Origin: Felis catus
Lineage: Eukaryota
DNA length: 64,000 bases
Assembly: GCF_018350175.1 (NCBI RefSeq)
Contig: NC_058383.1
Location: forward strand, 1 to 64,000
Reading direction: 5' to 3'
Shown: positions 60,981 through 64,000 of the stretch, one piece after another
Layout: each line of letters opens with the position of its first letter
Position numbering within the stretch: the stretch's first letter is position 1
The notes under the pieces: generated by a model
What the model was told of the DNA's origin: nothing
The model's database searches: none
What the model saw: only the letters and a program-made list of their open reading frames with translations
Position numbers and translations under genes: made by a program

Positions 60981-61520
60981 TATCACTAAACAAAATGTCA
61001 ACACCTAAACCTAACACCTAACACTACCATACATTAATAATAAACACAGGTCTAACTCTACCAGCCAACGCCAAAACTATAAAACTTAAAATTAACCCTA
61101 ACCAAACCATAAATCTCAAAATCTAAACCTAACGCTATCCTCTAATCCAAACCCCTAACCCATAACCCAAACCCAAGTCCTAGACCTAGACCTCACCTTA
61201 ACCCTAAACCTAACGCAAACCCTAACACTAACGCTAACACCTAACCCTAACCCTACTATCTAACCATAACCCTAAATCTCAAACCCAAACCATTCCCCTA
61301 AACCTAAGCCTAACCCAAGTCCAAACCTAACGCCTAAACCTAACTCTAACTCTAAACCCTAACCCCTAACCATAACACTAAACACTCACCATAACCATAA
61401 ACCCAACCCTAATTCATAAACCTAACTCTAACCCCTAACACTAACCCCTAACACCAACCCTAACCATAACCGTAACCCTAACACCACACCTAAACCGAAA
61501 CCCTAACCCAACACTAACGA
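60981..61520. repeat. Degenerate telomere-like (CCCTAA)n tract
   Basis: ccctaa, cctaaa, ccataa, ctctaa and cactaa hexamer variants over ~540 bp. Confidence 0.88.
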
Positions 61521-62258
61521 CACACAGGAAGGTGTCATATCTGCACTGGTGAAGTCCCTGGACAGAACATTAACCCTAGTTAAGGATCTCACTGGATGGG
61601 GATGCAATTCCTACTTCTGAGAACACCACAAACAAATGGCCCAAAGCGGTGCAGACTTACTCGTCATGCAACATCAAACATCATCATGAAATTTCCAATG
61701 ACCGCATGGAGGTGCACAAGGGGGTTGATGAGGTCCAACTGAAGATGGCACACACATGAGGCTGGCTCTGGCACACAAAAACTAAGCCTGGACAGCCTAC
61801 TTTGATGAGGCCTACACTCAATCCTCAGGGGAGACCACTACCCTGCTGGAGTTTCAGTGCTTGGAGCTTCCTGGGACCTAACCCTAACCTTAACTTGACA
61901 CTCAGATACCGCTCAAACTAAACTTCACCCTAACTCTAAACCTAACCCTACATATGACCTGCAACCGTGCATGGACCCTCATTCAGCCCTCCAGGGTGAT
62001 CACGGCACTGGTGTCGCGTTGGCCCTGGCAACGTCCATGGAACGAACCTTAACCTTAGCAAAAGCTTTCTCCTAATGGGGACCCAATTCCTAAGTCTGGG
62101 GATATGACGGACATGGGGCCCAGAAGCGGAGGAAGATTACACAGCAGGGAACCTGGAACATCACCATGTCATTTCCAAAGACCAGAAGGAGATTCACAGG
62201 GGACTTCTTCAGGCCTAACCGAGGAGTGGTCCTGGCACCCAAAACTCAGCCTGACTGA
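61521..62258. repeat. FA-SAT, about 1.5 diverged monomers
   Basis: gagaacaccac, aagcggtgcag, ggaggtgcacaagggg, catggaccctcattcagccctccaggg as in 52.7-55.7 kb. Confidence 0.85.
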
Positions 62259-63559
62259 GACCCTACCTAGACCACTGCCCTACTTTGTCAATAAGACAAA
62301 GACACGCTTTTTCTATTAAAATTCAGGCCATACCAGACGAAGAAAGAAAAGATATTTACGAGAATGTGTATATCAGAGATCTACATCTGAGATCTGAAGA
62401 CAATCCTTTTCCATTACATAAAGACTCACAGATGCAGCCACACATTAAAGTGTTCATCTGAGGCCACAGATAAACTACATAAGACAGAATGCATGTAGGA
62501 AAACATAAGACCATAGGGAAATAACCCCAAATCTCATAAATCTCACTGCCTTATACGACAAGTATTTTGAAATTTGAAGAGGACTGTGTGAGGTGACAGA
62601 GTATGGTGATTATATATCTTCAAAATGTGTCAGATCTGCCTGCATGCTTTCTCTGCCCACCTGTTGCTCTCCACTTTGTTTTTCGTAGTATCCCTTAATA
62701 CTACTTTCACTGTTCTGTCTCTGTTTCAGTGCTTGCTTCTAAGAGGACCTACTCTCACCCCCCATCGAATGCACACACTGTGGTTCCTATACACACAGGT
62801 AACAAACTAGCAGAAATTGCGGTGATGGAGGAGAGTAGCAAGATCACCCTTTTTGCAAAGGGGCCCAAGAGAGTTTTCTGGGGTGATGGTAACTTCTTAT
62901 ATCTAGATGCATGGGGTGCTTGTGCTCATTTTAGAAATATTCACTGACTCCTGGTGCTTGGGGTCAGATAGACAGGTTCCTGACCCTAGCATATGGCTGA
63001 TTTCTAATGGTGGGGAAGGATCAGGGACCAGCAGTTACTGTGGGAGATGAGTGAGGAGGCCACACATGGAGTCAGATCCTCCCCGAGGATGCCAAGTCTC
63101 CACAGACAGCAACTTTGTGCAGGAGGGCTCTGATAATCACATATTTCTTGATCAGTCCTGTGAACTGCATAATCCTACTCCAGATTTCTCACTGAGGGAT
63201 GGACAGGGCAGAGGCCAGCAGCTGGAGGACACCATGATCATGGCTGGAGTGGAGCAGTTGGCTTGGGGGATTGTCAGAGAAAGGGAAAGGCAGAAGGTAG
63301 TAACAGGGAGTTTGAGAGATAAAGGGAAGAGGAGAGAAGGGAATGTTTTCTACTGACTTCACCCCCATTTCTGTGTGAACAACAGGAGATCCTTGTCTCC
63401 TGGGGAGAACAAGGGAAGGGAAGAGGGCTGGCAGAAGGACAGAGTGACATTCTCAGCTGAAGTGCTCAGGTTATCTGCCTTGCTCTTGAATACCTAACAC
63501 AGGAAGCCTGTGCCTTCTGTCATAAGTGGAACTGCAGCTCATACATTTAGTGAAAATTA

Positions 63560-64000
63560 AAGCGATGATGAAAAACTCATCATTAAAGTAGTGCAACAAA
63601 AGTATGTGAACATACAGAGATATACAATAGAAGCAGAAGTCCAAAGGTAGACCGACTGCAATATTTATGGGAATATAGATTAATGGAAAAGGAGGTACCC
63701 CAATGCAGGCTTTCAGACACCTGGGCAATATCCGGAAACGTGAAAAAAAAAAAAGTAGTCCTTACTTCAAAAGCAACATTAGCATTAGACACAAAGGGAT
63801 CGTGACGAAAGGTTTACGGAGAAACCATATTATTTCATGGTGCTGTACCCATGGTCCGGTACCCTCAAGTCTCATCAAATTATACACTTTACCTTCAGGC
63901 TATTTGTTATATGTAATTATATCTCATTAAAGAGAGTTTCAAAACATAAAATACTAGAAGCAAATGTGGGAAAGTTCCTGTCCAATCCTGAAGTGCATGG
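63560..64000 (+). mobile_element. Ancient L1 ORF2 3' remnant
   Basis: agaagtccaaaggtagacc...atatttatggg and caatatccggaaacgtg resemble a decayed ORF2 end. Confidence 0.4.

Overview
This is felid (cat-like) nuclear DNA, judged from carnivore tRNA-derived Can-SINEs, felid-type L1s and FA-SAT satellite. It contains no intact cellular gene that I can name. 1-28 kb is mostly nested L1/SINE/LTR debris with scattered minus-strand exon-like remnants behind an RFX X-box. 29.17-35.72 kb is a defective gammaretroviral provirus (tRNA-Pro PBS, GTTT target-site duplication, glycoGag-like leader, broken gag/pro/pol, env and PPT deleted after integration), and a related solo LTR without a TSD lies at 37.9 kb. 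The most unusual part is 46.4-62.3 kb, a subtelomere-like mosaic. It holds two diverged copies of a chimeric NUMT (inverted ND5 fused to 16S rRNA at a palindrome) flanking a two-tier satellite, whose ~110-bp conserved core carries an E-box/IRF-E-like motif and is separated by variable numbers of ~35-bp subrepeats. It also holds a dimeric FA-SAT array, an FA-SAT piece templated into the NUMT, an L1 fragment turned GC/CpG-rich, a 68/320-bp higher-order minisatellite and a degenerate telomere-like tract. All family names come from recall and visual alignment; no searches were run.
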